A DNA stretch of 64,000 nt from Ostreococcus lucimarinus (taxonomy: Eukaryota), in the NCBI GenBank assembly GCA_000092065.1, contig CP000594.1; one strand, 5' to 3'. Below are positions 61,874-64,000 of the stretch, one piece after another. A program made the position numbers and the translations under genes. The notes beneath the pieces were generated by a model, which was not told the DNA's origin, made no database searches, and saw nothing but the letters and a program-made list of their open reading frames with translations. The stretch's first letter is position 1; the number at the start of each line of letters is the position of its first letter.

Positions 61874-63805
61874 ATGCCTCTCTCGACGCGCGCCATGCGC
61901 GAGGCCGAACTCGACGTCGATTCCTTCCGGACGGACCTCTTCGCGAATCGCGACCGCGCGCGTCAACGGCGGGAGCGCCGTTCGAGGCTCGGACTCATGT
62001 TCACGTGTGCGTTAGCGATCGTGGCGCTGATGATATTCGTTGACAATGCGTGCGCAGAGGCCATAATGAATGACGTCGGTGAAGCGGTAATGCCGAAGAT
62101 GCGTTTCCAGCGCCAACCCCATAACACCATCGCTAATCTCGGCGGATGGAAGAAGTGGACGAAAAAAGCTTCAAAAGCCGCGAAGAAAGCAGCCGATCAG
62201 GCAGCCGCGGCGCGGGCAGCCGCGGAGGCAGCCGCACGGGCAGCCGCAGAAAGGGCAGCCGCGGAGGCAGCCGCACGGGCAGCCGCGGCAAAGAAAGCCG
62301 CGGAGGAAGCCGCGAGGAGAGCCGCGGAGGAAGCCGCGGCGAGGGCAGCCGCGGCAGAAGCGGCCGCGAAGGCAGCCGCGGAGGAAGCCGCGGCGAAGGC
62401 AGCCGCAGAGGCAGCCGCAGCAAAGAAAGCCGCGGAGGAAGCCGCGGCGAAAGCAGCCGCAGAGGCAGCCGCGGCTAAGGCAGCCGTGGCGCAAGCCGCA
62501 ACCGACGCGTACGACGCGGGTAAGACACTCGCTGGAAACACGTATTCCCAGACACTCTCCAATGTGAGAAACAAGTTTGGCGATGCCAAAGTGAACGCGT
62601 ACTTCGGTAACCAGAGAGATATGCTGCAAAATAAGTACGACTCGGCTAAGGGCTTCACCGATGCCGCTGTGAATGACATGAAGTCCGAAGTGAAAGAGCT
62701 CAGGAAGGATCTCGTCGGCGTCGCAGAAATGGTCGTCGCTTTCTTTAACGGCTTGAATTGCAACATCGGCCCATCAACGATGACCAGTTTTACCACGTCT
62801 TTGAAAAATGCTTTCAAGTCCAGCGGTACTGCTGATTTGGTAAACAAAATTAAAAACGAGCCGTCGCGATTCTACAGAGACATGGATGCGGCGACATGCG
62901 ATTTGATCTGGAATACGGTGTTCACTTCATCTTCTGCTGCCATCACGACCTTCGGGACTGCCATTAAGACGCTTAAGAGCGATTGCCCCGCGCTCGGTGG
63001 TGCCAACCCTGCGTTTACGCTCGGTTTCACACTCGACGTCGACGTAACCTTTGCGTCAAGGACGGGCGGCATTGGCACAGAGATTGGCGTCGGATTTGAT
63101 ATGACGGGCCAAAAGTTCTGCTACGTCGGCGGGTGTGTCACTGCTGGCCGGACTTTTGGTTCCAACTCAGCTGCCAACGCGGATCTCACTCCAGGCCTCG
63201 CTTTGTCCGGCTACAAAGAACTCACTTCTGTCCCGGGTGAATGTTCTTTGCTCGACGTCGGCATTGATATCAATCTTCCGACTCCCATTAAAGTCGAGGG
63301 CGGCGGCGGCCTCACATATCTGTATGGCGGAGGTATGGGAGATTTTGTTGGCCTTTCATACCCAATGGAGCTCGGCGCTGGTGATCCGGTGCCTGGTGCT
63401 GATGTTTCCATCAAACGTGGCATGTGCTGCACGCCCATCTGTTTGAAGACGGACGGTACCTCGTGCGCGCCGACGAACTGGAAAAACCCGTGCCCGACGA
63501 TGGCAGATCCGAATGCGTACCTAAATCTCATCACGACGTCGTCGAGCGCTGCTCTTGGTGGAGAGCGAACGCTCGATATGAGCCACGAGGACCATACTAA
63601 GTACTACCGACGCATCGGTGATCCGAAATCGCACACATACGATGCAATCTCTGAGCGTCTGTCGCAGTCGACCATCGTTGCTTCAGTGTTGACGATCTCC
63701 GTGCTGGCGCTCGCCATCGTCGCACATCGTCGCCGCGTCGCTCGCAAGATTACCGCGGACGAATCCACGCCTCTTCTCGAAGAAGCGTGCTTAAAACATG
63801 AGTGA
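61874..63805 (+). CDS. single-pass membrane protein. Order: N-terminal signal or anchor, ~100-aa Ala-rich helical repeat (AAAEAAARAAA-type), Gly/Thr/Ser-rich globular ectodomain, C-terminal TM, short tail ending DESTPLLEEACLKHE
   Basis: Verified ATG at 61874, with an alternative in-frame ATG at 61997 before the hydrophobic LGLMFTCALAIVALMIFVDNACA. C-terminal TM IVASVLTISVLALAIVA followed by HRRRVARK. No family recognised. Confidence 0.5.
   Translation: MPLSTRAMREAELDVDSFRTDLFANRDRARQRRERRSRLGLMFTCALAIVALMIFVDNACAEAIMNDVGEAVMPKMRFQRQPHNTIANLGGWKKWTKKASKAAKKAADQAAAARAAAEAAARAAAERAAAEAAARAAAAKKAAEEAARRAAEEAAARAAAAEAAAKAAAEEAAAKAAAEAAAAKKAAEEAAAKAAAEAAAAKAAVAQAATDAYDAGKTLAGNTYSQTLSNVRNKFGDAKVNAYFGNQRDMLQNKYDSAKGFTDAAVNDMKSEVKELRKDLVGVAEMVVAFFNGLNCNIGPSTMTSFTTSLKNAFKSSGTADLVNKIKNEPSRFYRDMDAATCDLIWNTVFTSSSAAITTFGTAIKTLKSDCPALGGANPAFTLGFTLDVDVTFASRTGGIGTEIGVGFDMTGQKFCYVGGCVTAGRTFGSNSAANADLTPGLALSGYKELTSVPGECSLLDVGIDINLPTPIKVEGGGGLTYLYGGGMGDFVGLSYPMELGAGDPVPGADVSIKRGMCCTPICLKTDGTSCAPTNWKNPCPTMADPNAYLNLITTSSSAALGGERTLDMSHEDHTKYYRRIGDPKSHTYDAISERLSQSTIVASVLTISVLALAIVAHRRRVARKITADESTPLLEEACLKHE
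62190..62490 (+). repeat. 9-nt-periodic GC-rich coding repeat (gcagccgcg / gaggcagcc / aaggcagcc ...) encoding the Ala/Glu/Lys/Arg helical repeat
   Basis: Read directly. The antisense frames give the spurious RLP/RGS-repeat ORFs 62133..62423(-) and 62146..62478(+). Confidence 0.75.
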
Positions 63806-64000
63806 AGACGATTGAAGCTTCTTCACTTATTCGCGGGCTTCGTCCCGGCGCCGCAATTTTCGCCCTTTATTTCACTTCAACTCAACTAAAACTAAAAGCC
63901 TTTAAATACTCCTTAACTACTCAAGTACTTTTTGTAAATCTTGCAATCAAAACTTTCGTCATAAGCTGTCGCGCGTAGCTTTATCGGGAGCGACCTGCGA

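Noticed and set aside
62133-62847. ORFs 62133..62423(-), 62146..62478(+), 62171..62629(-), 62197..62847(-) with RLP/RGS/CLRGC repeats
   Set aside because: Alternative-frame translations of the 9-nt periodic Ala-codon repeat in the 61874..63805 gene.
1-64000. CRISPR arrays, rRNA genes, prokaryotic operon organisation
   Set aside because: The tandem repeats present are short microsatellites, protein-coding repeats or simple duplications without spacer structure. No rRNA-like conserved stretches. Gene content and intron presence are eukaryotic.

Overview
The window is a very GC-rich nuclear eukaryotic segment: about 65-70% GC in genic regions, with strong GC3 bias that produces many spurious Arg/Ala-rich antisense ORFs. 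Genes are dense, sit on both strands and are almost intron-free. A circularly permuted tRNA-Cys gene, GTGCGT splice donors and TGTAA-like 3' signals together point to a prasinophyte green alga (Mamiellophyceae, Micromonas-like). This assignment is an inference from those features, not a database hit.

Recognisable genes:
- Tudor-SN/SND1, with a 105-nt first intron the ORF track misses.
- A KAS-type 3-oxoacyl-ACP synthase.
- An HMA1-like P1B-4 heavy-metal ATPase with an unusual C-terminal NicO/NiCoT-like permease domain that carries a (His-Ser)9 loop.
- A GT25-like glycosyltransferase, mitoribosomal mL41, and a ~13-kb VPS13-like gene split over five ORFs in alternating frames.
- A coactosin/Abp1-type ADF-H protein, RRP12 (three ORF segments), a Stm1/SERBP1-like protein, a PDZ protein, RRS1, and canonical poly(A) polymerase.
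- A secreted 2OG-oxygenase-like/DOMON protein.
- A ~3,900-aa fibrocystin-L-like giant membrane protein with TIG domains, two G8 domains and parallel beta-helix repeats.
- An Ala-rich single-pass membrane protein.

The most notable non-coding item is a circularly permuted tRNA-Cys(GCA) gene. Its 3' half lies upstream of its 5' half, it is followed by a Pol III T-stretch, and a 90-bp tandem duplication adds an orphan second 5' half.

Three low-GC (~50%), repeat-rich islands interrupt the GC-rich background at about 40.7-41.7 kb, 44.1-45.8 kb and 58.95-61.85 kb. They carry perfect hairpin or palindromic elements, dispersed repeat families shared between islands, and a GIY-YIG nuclease plus CCHC zinc-knuckle ORF that is a candidate selfish or mobile element. 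No rRNA or CRISPR array is present. Hand-derived coordinates may be off by 1-2 nt.
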